The translations under genes and the position numbers were made by a program. The notes beneath the pieces are model-generated. The model saw only the letters and a list, made by a program, of their open reading frames with translations. It had not been told where the DNA came from and searched no databases. This document shows, piece after piece, positions 22,837 to 30,757 of a stretch of 30,757 bases of DNA (positions are counted from its first letter, which is position 1; the number at the start of each line of letters is the position of its first letter). The stretch lies in the IMG/VR virus record IMGVR_UViG_3300045988_147730. One strand, given 5' to 3'. The DNA is from a virus.

Positions 22837-23208
22837 CTAATATTTATTGATATTGTAACTTAATACATAATGATATAATTCTTCTTCTTTTAGTTGAATC
22901 AAATATACACTTTTATGGGTAATCCAATAATTTTTAATATCTTTTTTATTCAATTTTTCATCAAATGAATCTACTATCTTCAAAGTTTCCGTTTTATCTT
23001 TTTCCAAACAATAGAAATTAACATCTATAGAAAAAACATCTTTATATTCACCGTCATCTGTTGAATTAACGGTGAAATAAATGCCTACTTTATTATTTTT
23101 GAAATCATATTTAAGAGGTAATTCAATGTTATATACTTTGTCTTTTAGATTCATATCTTTATAAATATCATTTAGATACATATTTAAATCTATTTCAAAC
23201 TCTAACAT
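22837..23208 (-). CDS. Tail completion / tail terminator-like protein (by position)
   Basis: 123 aa, between the gp10-like gene and the major tail gene. Confidence 0.45.
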   Translation of the reverse strand: MLEFEIDLNMYLNDIYKDMNLKDKVYNIELPLKYDFKNNKVGIYFTVNSTDDGEYKDVFSIDVNFYCLEKDKTETLKIVDSFDEKLNKKDIKNYWITHKSVYLIQLKEEELYHYVLSYNINKY

Positions 23209-23529
23209 TTATATCGCCCCCAAATTTCTTTTCAATATATTAATAAACTCTTGTTCAAGACTTTCAAGACTTCTCCTAAAGTGAGGTCTACCACCTCTAT
23301 TACTTGGCTTGAATTCGACATAAACAGAATAATCTATTGTAGTTCCTATAGTAACATCAAAATCATTACATTTATAGGTGTAACTTCTTCTTAATGTTCC
23401 CGTATCTACTGGACAATTAGATTTAATTTCAGCAGTCGCTTTAATACCTATTTCTTTTAATGATTGTTTAACAGCTTCTTTAATTCTTCTATCTATTATA
23501 TCTGTGTTATCATCAAAATTAATGCTCAT
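23209..23529 (-). CDS. HK97 gp10-family head-tail joining protein
   Basis: The PVDTGTLRRS motif is typical of the gp10 family. 106 aa, and the position fits. Confidence 0.65.
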   Translation of the reverse strand: MSINFDDNTDIIDRRIKEAVKQSLKEIGIKATAEIKSNCPVDTGTLRRSYTYKCNDFDVTIGTTIDYSVYVEFKPSNRGGRPHFRRSLESLEQEFINILKRNLGAI

Positions 23530-23830
23530 CTATATCGACCTCACAATCTACAATAGAGTATATTCTGTAATCAATCCAATCTATTTTATTATTGATCATA
23601 TAAAAATTATTATTAAATTTTACAATAGTGCCTACTTCTATATCCTCATCACAATATATAATGAGATTGCTCTCTACATCTTTTCCAAACGTTTTATATA
23701 ATAATTGTTCGCTCGAAGGTTGAACATCACATTTTATATCATAATTATAAGTATAAGAAGATAAGCATTGTCCTATATCGTTTATTTCTTGAGTTTCCTT
23801 ATAGACTCCAACTATAAATTTGTAAAACAT
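23519..23830 (-). CDS. Head closure / head-tail adaptor protein
   Basis: 103 aa. Position and the pattern ...CDVQPSSEQ...G..V......Y.I fit a head-tail joining protein. Confidence 0.5.
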   Translation of the reverse strand: MFYKFIVGVYKETQEINDIGQCLSSYTYNYDIKCDVQPSSEQLLYKTFGKDVESNLIIYCDEDIEVGTIVKFNNNFYMINNKIDWIDYRIYSIVDCEVDIDEH

Positions 23831-24168
23831 TATAACAACCTCATTTTTGGTAATGGTAACATTCCTTTTACTTGAGGACTTAATTTATATGATTGCATTG
23901 AAGTATTGAAGGTTATACTTCTACTTCCTTGTGTCATAGATTGGATTTCACCATTTTCTGCCTTGTAATTAGCACAGTTATTTAAGTCTATAGAAGTTAA
24001 TATTATTGCCATAGGATAGTTATTTATTATTTCATCATCTGAAATATCATCGTAATTAAGATATTTTTTAATCATGGTTATAGATTGTCCAATTAATAGG
24101 TATGCAAAATCATACTCTATTCCTATATTTTCAACTAGATAATCTTTTATATCGATTCTATCGAACAT
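23830..24168 (-). CDS. Head-tail connector (gp6-like) protein
   Basis: 112 aa, immediately after the capsid gene. Confidence 0.5.
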   Translation of the reverse strand: MFDRIDIKDYLVENIGIEYDFAYLLIGQSITMIKKYLNYDDISDDEIINNYPMAIILTSIDLNNCANYKAENGEIQSMTQGSRSITFNTSMQSYKLSPQVKGMLPLPKMRLL

Positions 24169-24221
24169 TGTAACACCTACTTTCTTTTGAGTAGGCTTTT
24201 AATGTCCTACTCTATAATCTC

Positions 24222-25028
24222 CTATGCGCCTAATTGATAATATAATACTGCTATACCTTCTGGTCTTAAAGTTTTAACCCCATAAGATACTAATCCTCTA
24301 ACACCGTCTGCAAATGCTGTTTCTAATCTCATAGCTTCAACAGTATCTATTTGTTCTCCGTAACCTACTGCCTCATTATGTAATGCTATAGCAACGCCAG
24401 CAGGGGCATTATTAGATTTTATTACTTGCATACCGTTCACTTGCATACCTTGAACCATACCATTTGGTAATACTTCTGCATTGTCTATAACTCTTTTATC
24501 TTTAGCTAACATGTTTACAAAATCTGGACTAGCGATAACAAATCTACCCATGTCTGGCACATCTTCTTTATCTAGAAGAGTTCCTAAATCAACTATGTAG
24601 TCATAAGCTTCATTTTCTGTAGTTATAGCTTTCTTAGCAGTTTTTGTACCTATTTTAGCTTTTGCACCTGTTTCAGCTTCTGCTAAAACTGCTGCATCTA
24701 TATCTTTTTTAACTTGATAAGCCATTTTATTAGCTAGTGGTACTAATAAGTCACCTGCACATTGTACTTTTTCTACATCTCCAACTTGATATGCAAAATA
24801 TTTTTGTTTGTCAAAAACTAAAGTTGTAGCTGTTGTATTAGGTACTTCAAAAGTAACTGTTCCTATATAGTCTTGTAATCCATTAGTTAAAGCTACTGTA
24901 TTAAATATTGCTTTTGAACCGTTAACATCATCTGGTTTTTTAGTTATTAAATCAGCAATTGACATTCCTCTGTATTCTTCTAATATTGCTGACATCCATA
25001 ATTCTTTTTTAAATGTATCTACTGCCAT
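24222..25028 (-). CDS. Major capsid protein
   Basis: 268 aa, after the scaffold gene. Ala/Val/Gly-rich composition typical of a highly expressed structural protein. SD TAGGTGA is present. Confidence 0.75.
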   Translation of the reverse strand: MAVDTFKKELWMSAILEEYRGMSIADLITKKPDDVNGSKAIFNTVALTNGLQDYIGTVTFEVPNTTATTLVFDKQKYFAYQVGDVEKVQCAGDLLVPLANKMAYQVKKDIDAAVLAEAETGAKAKIGTKTAKKAITTENEAYDYIVDLGTLLDKEDVPDMGRFVIASPDFVNMLAKDKRVIDNAEVLPNGMVQGMQVNGMQVIKSNNAPAGVAIALHNEAVGYGEQIDTVEAMRLETAFADGVRGLVSYGVKTLRPEGIAVLYYQLGA

Positions 25029-25097
25029 TTTCTATCACCTATTCCTTTATAATATAATTTATTTAGCTTTCTTTTATGTCTGAGCCTAAAAGACAAA

Positions 25098-25712
25098 TTA
25101 ACCTTGTTGTTGGCTTTTCCATTTGCTGTATAAGTCTGGATTATTAATAACATCTTCATAGGATATACCACCAACATTTTTATTGTCATTTTTAGGGGGA
25201 GTATATGAACTATCTTTGATTCTATCTTCAACTTTTGTATCAATATATTCCTTCATTGCATTTTCAAATATTTCTATATTTGCACTGGTTAGATCGTCAT
25301 CATCACCAAGTAAAAAATCGATTAAATTAGTAGGTATATGTTTTTCAGTCAAAACATCTTTGTATCTATTTTTCATTTCAGTTAATTCTTTTTCTCTTTG
25401 TAAGTTTGCAAACTGTTCTTTTAATTCTCTAATTTCTTTTTGTTCTGGCGTTTCATTTTCGCCAGTTCTCTTTAATATTTCGGCATCAATTAATTTCTGC
25501 ATATCTTTTTTCTTGAAATTATCTAATGCTGTAGCTATAGCTTTAGTGGTATGTTTATCCTTTTCACTATCCATGAAGGATTTGAACTCTTTATCATTTT
25601 CAATTTTGTTTTTAAAGTTATCTAAATTTAAATAACTTTCAGATATAACTTCATCTATATCTGCGTCATCATCTATATCTTTTAATAAATCTAATAATTC
25701 ACTTTTTTTCAT
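25098..25712 (-). CDS. Scaffolding protein
   Basis: 204 aa, acidic, coiled-coil-like (KEIRELKEQFANLQREKELTEMK), directly upstream of the capsid gene. Confidence 0.65.
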   Translation of the reverse strand: MKKSELLDLLKDIDDDADIDEVISESYLNLDNFKNKIENDKEFKSFMDSEKDKHTTKAIATALDNFKKKDMQKLIDAEILKRTGENETPEQKEIRELKEQFANLQREKELTEMKNRYKDVLTEKHIPTNLIDFLLGDDDDLTSANIEIFENAMKEYIDTKVEDRIKDSSYTPPKNDNKNVGGISYEDVINNPDLYSKWKSQQQG

Positions 25713-25777
25713 TTTTTATCACTCCTTGTCCTTATAACTACTAAATAGTACCTATAAACACTAATTTTTAATTTTGG

Positions 25778-25807
25778 ATTTTAAGAATTAAAGGTATAAA
25801 TAGTCAA
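25778..25807 (-). promoter_or_regulatory. Possible internal sigma-A-type promoter for the scaffold/capsid genes
   Basis: Minus strand: TTGACT-N18-TAAAAT, in the 152-nt gap before the scaffold gene. Confidence 0.4.
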
Positions 25808-25864
25808 TGAACATTTTTAAAGCTCTTAGAATCGATTTTATAAGCACGTTTTTAAAGACGAGCT

Positions 25865-26740
25865 TTATTTATTTTCTTTCCAATGCTCATAGTCAGTGAA
25901 ATCAATATGTTTATCTACAATTTCATTATCTCTACGTTTAATAGGTTGCCAATCATCTATAATTTCTGTATAACAGCACCTGCAATGGGGGTGTAGAGGT
26001 AGCTCTGGTCTATTTGGGTCGTTAATATCAAATTTCTTCCCATCATATTTTTGACAATGACGACAAGTTTTTGAATCTAATGTAGCCAAATATAATAGTT
26101 TTTCTATACCTTCTTCTCTAAAGAATTCTTCATTAGCTCTAGTTTGAACTCTAGCAATTTCTGTTTGAACTAATCTATCTAATTCATTTGCTTTTATTGA
26201 ATATTTATTATTTATTTTCTTTTTGATATCGTTTACAGAAATATTTCCTACGAGGAACTCTTTAATATCTTTTTTTAATTGTATTTCAATATCTGAAATA
26301 TTTGCTTTTAATCTTTGTTTCCAATTTTTATTTTCAAACTTTTCATTTATAATTTTATTTACTTTTTCTTTTTTGAGCTTCTTAGGTTTAACATTTTTAA
26401 TCCCAATACTCAAAATGTAATATTTTAAATTATGTTGTTCTATAATAGTTGTTTCAAGATTCTCTTTAACTGCTTTTTCCTGTTCTTCATATTCTGAATT
26501 GCTGAATCCTTCTATCAACTCAAATAATTGTTTTTTCAATAATTGAATTTGTTTATCAGTTAATTTTAGATTATCATTTTCTATTATGTAATCTAACAAT
26601 ATATTACTAATAGCTTGTAACAATTCTTTTCTATTAAGATTTATATTCCTATATACAACGCTAAATCTTTCAAGACAATCCTTAAAGACTTTATCTGTAG
26701 CTTCTATATTTAGATTGTTGTAATTATCTTGCTTACTCAT
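25865..26740 (-). CDS. Head morphogenesis protein (Mu F / SPP1 gp7 family)
   Basis: The C-terminal TCRHCQKYDGKKFDINDPNRPELPLHPHCRCCY is typical of the family. ATG at 26740 follows AGGTGA, whereas the track start at 26752 lies inside the SD. Confidence 0.8.
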   Translation of the reverse strand: MSKQDNYNNLNIEATDKVFKDCLERFSVVYRNINLNRKELLQAISNILLDYIIENDNLKLTDKQIQLLKKQLFELIEGFSNSEYEEQEKAVKENLETTIIEQHNLKYYILSIGIKNVKPKKLKKEKVNKIINEKFENKNWKQRLKANISDIEIQLKKDIKEFLVGNISVNDIKKKINNKYSIKANELDRLVQTEIARVQTRANEEFFREEGIEKLLYLATLDSKTCRHCQKYDGKKFDINDPNRPELPLHPHCRCCYTEIIDDWQPIKRRDNEIVDKHIDFTDYEHWKENK

Positions 26741-28022
26741 GTAAATCATCACCTAATAGGAAACTACCGTTTATTAATTCCTCATTATCTTTTCTAATTT
26801 TATCTATTTCATTTTGTGGATTTTCTACAAATGATAATAAAGATAATGCTGTTTCAAGAGATAATTTATCGCCTAATTGAGATATTATTTGTGCATTAGC
26901 TTGGTCGTCAACTGGAATATTTGGAGTGAATTTAATTTTCACATCCTTATAATCAAATTGAGTTCCATATCTAATAGCTAAGAATTTAAATAATAATTTT
27001 AATCTTTTTCTCAATAGATTTTCAAATGCTTTCTGATTGATTGAACATCTTTGCTCTAATGCTATCAGTCTTGACCTTAATGCTACACCACTGACATTCG
27101 ATGCCAGATTTACATTATGATTTATGTGAGAAGTTAGCTCATACATCTTATCCTCTAATGTGGATAGAGTATTTTGAATAAAACTATCATTGATTGATTT
27201 AACTAACCAATTAACCTTTCCATCTTCATTAGGGATTTGTAATATGCCGTTTTTCTTCATTAATTTAGCTTGTTCTTCTGTTAATTCTACACCTGTTATG
27301 GTTAAATATGCATTTCTAAAGTCACTGATTTCATTAGAAATATCGCTCAGGTTAGTTATATAAGCGTCTTGTAGACCTTGTATGTCTTTGTATAAGGTAT
27401 CGTATATTCCACTATTTGATATTCTAGCAATTCCAACAGGTACCTCACTGAATAAATGTGGTGTTTCTGGTGAAATTTCTTTACTGAATGTAGAATCATA
27501 ATGTAATATTCTATCTTTCAAATAGACATCTACATAAGTTCTATTAGTTTTATCAAATTGCTTTTTAAACATATGCATAAATAATATACAATTACCAAAC
27601 TCATCTTCATATACATATCCAAATCTAGGGTCTACAATTTTACTTTTGAATTCTCCATCTGAATTAAGATAATATATTTCGTACGCTTCACCAAATAAAA
27701 TCATTTTGTCTGCCAATTGTATATCATGGTTAGCTTTCCATGAACTCGTTATATGATAATCTATAGAATTGATTATATTTTTATTATCACTTTTAGAAAT
27801 ATAATTAATAGTATTTCCTAATGAGTAAGAAACTTCTTCTTTTACGAACTTCTTAATATAATTTACACAGCATTTATTATTAGAACGCTCTGTAATCATT
27901 TTATAATTTTTGATTGAATCACAATTTCCAATATAATAATCATATGCTTTGAAATATTCTGTTTTATTTCTGTTGTAATCCTCATAGCAATCTCTTAATA
28001 ATTGAATGAAATTTATATCCAA
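26733..28022 (-). CDS. Portal protein (SPP1 gp6-like)
   Basis: 429 aa, directly after terL. TTG start lies 7 nt after AGGAGGTGA. Confidence 0.85.
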   Translation of the reverse strand: MDINFIQLLRDCYEDYNRNKTEYFKAYDYYIGNCDSIKNYKMITERSNNKCCVNYIKKFVKEEVSYSLGNTINYISKSDNKNIINSIDYHITSSWKANHDIQLADKMILFGEAYEIYYLNSDGEFKSKIVDPRFGYVYEDEFGNCILFMHMFKKQFDKTNRTYVDVYLKDRILHYDSTFSKEISPETPHLFSEVPVGIARISNSGIYDTLYKDIQGLQDAYITNLSDISNEISDFRNAYLTITGVELTEEQAKLMKKNGILQIPNEDGKVNWLVKSINDSFIQNTLSTLEDKMYELTSHINHNVNLASNVSGVALRSRLIALEQRCSINQKAFENLLRKRLKLLFKFLAIRYGTQFDYKDVKIKFTPNIPVDDQANAQIISQLGDKLSLETALSLLSFVENPQNEIDKIRKDNEELINGSFLLGDDLHE

Positions 28023-28036
28023 TATATATTCACCTC

Positions 28037-29752
28037 CTAAAATAATGTATCAAAAGGTAATATTTTAATTTCCTTTGTAACTTTAATTTTATCTATATTG
28101 TTCAATGCCATTTCTAAGCTGTCGATTGCATCATCATGTTCAGAGAAATGTTGCCCTCTGAACTCTTTGATTTGTTTGTTATATTCCTTATCAGTTTGAT
28201 TGAATATGCATTGACCAGAATTAATTTTATCTATGATTGTACTAATTCTCTGGTCTTTATTTGAATTATTATAGATACTTATTACTTGTATATGTCTCCT
28301 GTTTAATTCTTCATCTTGAGATATTCTAGATTTAATTTGAGATTCATCAATACCTTTATAAACGTTTTTTTCTAATATTACATGAGTAATATCTTTGTAA
28401 TATTTCAATGTTTCGATTACAGTATCAATATATTTATCAAATTCTGTTTTTGCATCAAATCGAGATAGAAAACCACTTCTTACAAAATACATATTGTTAG
28501 ATTTAGATAATACAGTCATTGCCGTAAAATCAGATTTTCTTTTAGTAGAACTCGAAGGGTCAATAGACAAGATTGTTTTTTCAAATTTCTTATTTTCAAT
28601 TTCAATTTGTGGTAAAATAGCCATATTCTCAACCCATGTTTCGCCTACAGAAACACAGTCACATTGTAATTCTTGCATGAAAGTCAATCTTTTTGTCAGA
28701 TATATTGTCGCTAGATCTAAACAGTTATATTTCTCCCAGATTGTTTCAAACTGCATTTCTTTGAAATTATCATTATAATATTTTATAGCCTCAGATTGAC
28801 TATCTTTTAACTCATGATTGAATAATATTTCTTTAAATTTTTGCCAATATGTATTCTCTTTAAAATATTTATCAACATCAAAATCACATACTCCTTTATG
28901 GAAAGTTCTGAAACTAGGGTCATTTTCAATTGTATTTATAAAATCATCAGAACATAATGGTGTACCTAATATTAGAAATTTAGAGGCTGATTTTACCTTC
29001 TTTCCTTTTCTATACAAGGACTTTTCACCGACTTCTAAAATTTCTTTGTAGAATTTATTTACAACTTTCTCTTTAGCATTTTCAGATAGAATATCATTTT
29101 CAGATAGAATATCATCTAGAATAATAAGTTGAGGTCTGAAAATTCCATCTACACAGCTGTAAGTCGTACCTCTAACTGACGAACCCCATGAGAAAGCTTG
29201 AATTTTACAGTCGTTATCTAATTCTAATTCTAATCTATTGTTAGTTCTTTCTTTTGTATTGATTAATTTCCCAAATTCTTCAACTATCAATCTATTCATC
29301 AACATCATTCTGGTGTCTTCGACAAAAGATATAGCATCCAACTCCTTATTGGCTATTACGATGATATACCTGCTTTTTTTGTAGCATATTCTCCATGTAG
29401 AGAGTGCTTTATTTATCACTGTTGATTTAGCTGAACCTCTAGGAAGAATAAACTGCTCCTTATCCCACAAATCATCTTCAAACATATTCGTTAGTTCTTG
29501 CCAAATATCAACGTGAATTTGAGCGATATTATAATTATAATTCTCAGATGATGCTACAAAATAATCTCTAAGATAATATGAGCAGAAAAAAGCCAAATCT
29601 TTTTCTCCCAAAAGTCTCGAAATTTGCTTCGGATTATACACATCCATTAATCTTTTTATATCGTTTTTTTCGAAATATTTATTCATATACTTTTCTATTA
29701 AATATATTGAAAATCCATTTTCGTCAAATTCCATATCGTCGAAATATAACAT
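28037..29752 (-). CDS. terL: Terminase large subunit
   Basis: 571 aa. Walker-A-like LPRGSAKST, then ILDDILSE (Walker B-like), and a C-terminal nuclease-like region (SIDPS...DDAIDSL). It is followed by the portal gene. Confidence 0.9.
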   Translation of the reverse strand: MLYFDDMEFDENGFSIYLIEKYMNKYFEKNDIKRLMDVYNPKQISRLLGEKDLAFFCSYYLRDYFVASSENYNYNIAQIHVDIWQELTNMFEDDLWDKEQFILPRGSAKSTVINKALSTWRICYKKSRYIIVIANKELDAISFVEDTRMMLMNRLIVEEFGKLINTKERTNNRLELELDNDCKIQAFSWGSSVRGTTYSCVDGIFRPQLIILDDILSENDILSENAKEKVVNKFYKEILEVGEKSLYRKGKKVKSASKFLILGTPLCSDDFINTIENDPSFRTFHKGVCDFDVDKYFKENTYWQKFKEILFNHELKDSQSEAIKYYNDNFKEMQFETIWEKYNCLDLATIYLTKRLTFMQELQCDCVSVGETWVENMAILPQIEIENKKFEKTILSIDPSSSTKRKSDFTAMTVLSKSNNMYFVRSGFLSRFDAKTEFDKYIDTVIETLKYYKDITHVILEKNVYKGIDESQIKSRISQDEELNRRHIQVISIYNNSNKDQRISTIIDKINSGQCIFNQTDKEYNKQIKEFRGQHFSEHDDAIDSLEMALNNIDKIKVTKEIKILPFDTLF

Positions 29753-30340
29753 TTTTATCGCCTCCTTTTTAAAATATAATTCAAAATTAAACTTTACAGT
29801 TTACAGTTTTGATACACATATAATTAACAACTTTTACACACTTGAATTTTTTGAAAAAAACTTTTTTAGAGGTTACCACACACAAAATTTTTAAGTTCAA
29901 AATAGAATGTACCCCCTCTCATAGAGTGCCATTTTATCGAATTATTTCTGACATAATGGCATAAAAGTTAATGTTTTATGCCAATATATTCTACAATGTA
30001 GTGATACCAACGCTGACATACCTATATATGGTATAGTTATGTCAGTAATTATGTCAGTAAAGTGCCATAAAAGTTCTATTAATTCATACTTAATCGTACT
30101 TTTTCAAAGAGGTATGATGACTCGCTATGTGGTATGATGACATAGTCCATAACCGTGTATGCTCAATAGCAAGTATAATAGAGTAACAATATAATAGAGT
30201 AACAATATAACAGTAACAATATAATAGAGTCATACACACCCTCTAAAATCAATTCTAACAATATTTATATATCATAGGATTAATTACTAGCCGAACATTT
30301 TATAATCTCTTAGAATTGAAATTAGAGGGTCATTTTTTTC
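29753..30340. promoter_or_regulatory. Repeat-rich non-coding region between the terS-like operon and terL (candidate cos/pac and late control region)
   Basis: A 10-bp-stem hairpin at 29957-29983. TGACATA/TATGTCA repeats at 29948-30056. GGTATGATGAC occurs twice (30111, 30131). A tandem repeat spans 30175-30231. A 19-bp inverted repeat pairs 30238-30256 with 30312-30330. Confidence 0.5.
30175..30231. repeat. Tandem repeat ATAATAGAGTAACAAT (16 nt), about 3.5 copies
   Basis: Copies at 30175-30190 and 30191-30206, a 14-nt variant ATAACAGTAACAAT at 30207-30220, and a partial copy at 30221-30231. Confidence 0.9.
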
Positions 30341-30634
30341 TTAATCATGTTTCAAACCATCAATTTTATTTTTAATCTCTTGATTATCGCCTTTAATTAA
30401 ATTTAAATCTAGTTGAATCCCGTCAATCCTATCATTAGTATTCTTAACTTCATTGGATATTTCTTTAATAGTTAAATTAAAGTTTAAAACTGTTTCATTA
30501 AATTCTTTAACAGTTTTTTGGTACAAGCTTCTATTCTCTTTTGTTTCTTCCAACATTTCTTTGAATAGAATCCAGAACACAACTATCAATATCCCACTAA
30601 ATCCGAAATTAGTGAATATTTCTAAGATATCCAT
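30341..30634 (-). CDS. Small N-terminally membrane-anchored coiled-coil protein (holin-like role possible, unproven)
   Basis: N-terminal TM segment FGFSGILIVVFWILF, then heptad-like repeats. SD TAGGAGTGA overlaps the stop of the terS-like gene. Confidence 0.5.
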   Translation of the reverse strand: MDILEIFTNFGFSGILIVVFWILFKEMLEETKENRSLYQKTVKEFNETVLNFNLTIKEISNEVKNTNDRIDGIQLDLNLIKGDNQEIKNKIDGLKHD

Positions 30635-30644
30635 ATAATCACTC

Positions 30645-30757
30645 CTATTTATTAACTACTTTTTTTTTGAAATCTTCCCATGATATTTCCTTATTTTTTT
30701 CCTTGTCTTCTGCTTTATCTAAAACATGATCTAATAAATACTGTAATGCTTTCAATC
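30645..30757 (-). CDS. 3' end of the terS-like HTH gene (same gene as 1..355; 30659-30757 duplicates 1-99)
   Basis: Minus strand reads ...TGG GAA GAT TTC AAA AAA AAA GTA GTT AAT AAA TAG, with the stop at 30645-30647. Confidence 0.6.
   Translation of the reverse strand, partial: LKALQYLLDHVLDKAEDKEKNKEISWEDFKKKVVNK
30659..30757. repeat. Terminal direct repeat, copy 2 (identical to 1..99)
   Basis: See copy 1. Confidence 0.95.

Noticed and set aside
25019-25635. ORFs 25019-25243 (minus strand) and 25183-25635 (plus strand) overlapping the scaffold and capsid genes
   Set aside because: They overlap well-supported structural genes out of frame or antisense, and they have no SDs.
28494-29772. 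Plus-strand ORFs inside terL
   Set aside because: They are antisense shadows of a gene with clear terminase motifs.
30341-30634. Calling the 97-aa protein an XhlA-type hemolysin or a confirmed holin
   Set aside because: XhlA proteins have the coiled coil at the N-terminus and the TM segment at the C-terminus, which is the reverse of this protein. Only one TM segment is present, so I keep it as a membrane-anchored coiled-coil protein of unknown role.

Overview
The window is one complete, circularly closed phage or prophage genome. The first 99 nt are identical to the last 99 nt, so the unique unit is 30,658 bp. It is very AT-rich, temperate and siphovirus-type. Strong GGAGG-type ribosome-binding sites suggest a Firmicutes/Clostridia-like host (inference). 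Almost everything is on the minus strand. (1) A late morphogenesis operon runs from terL (29752) through portal, Mu-F-like head protein, scaffold, capsid, connectors and major tail. It continues through the G/GT chaperones (G_GGT_TTT -1 frameshift), tape measure, Dit, an 1849-aa tail-tip protein with SH3, NlpC/P60 and 3D domains, and a BppU-like protein. It ends at a clean terminator (12193-12232). (2) An early operon runs from 10268 to 715. It encodes a wHTH initiator-like protein, a lipoprotein, an SF2 helicase, a C5-methyltransferase-like protein, an HNH endonuclease and small hypotheticals. (3) A terS-like HTH gene crosses the circular junction, followed by a small membrane protein. The plus strand carries only a ribbon-helix-helix gene and a tyrosine integrase. 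The most unusual content is non-coding. A 1.35-kb ORF-free block (4674-6023) contains a promoter-fronted, hairpin-dense ~0.77-kb segment (candidate large structured RNA) and a nested iteron/A-tract array (candidate origin). A second array of four degenerate units lies at 8322-8632. A ~40-nt early promoter/operator-like module is reused four times. A 588-bp repeat-rich gap lies between the terS-like gene and terL. I found no stand-alone endolysin/holin cassette. I cannot run searches, so all family calls come from motifs read by eye plus gene order.
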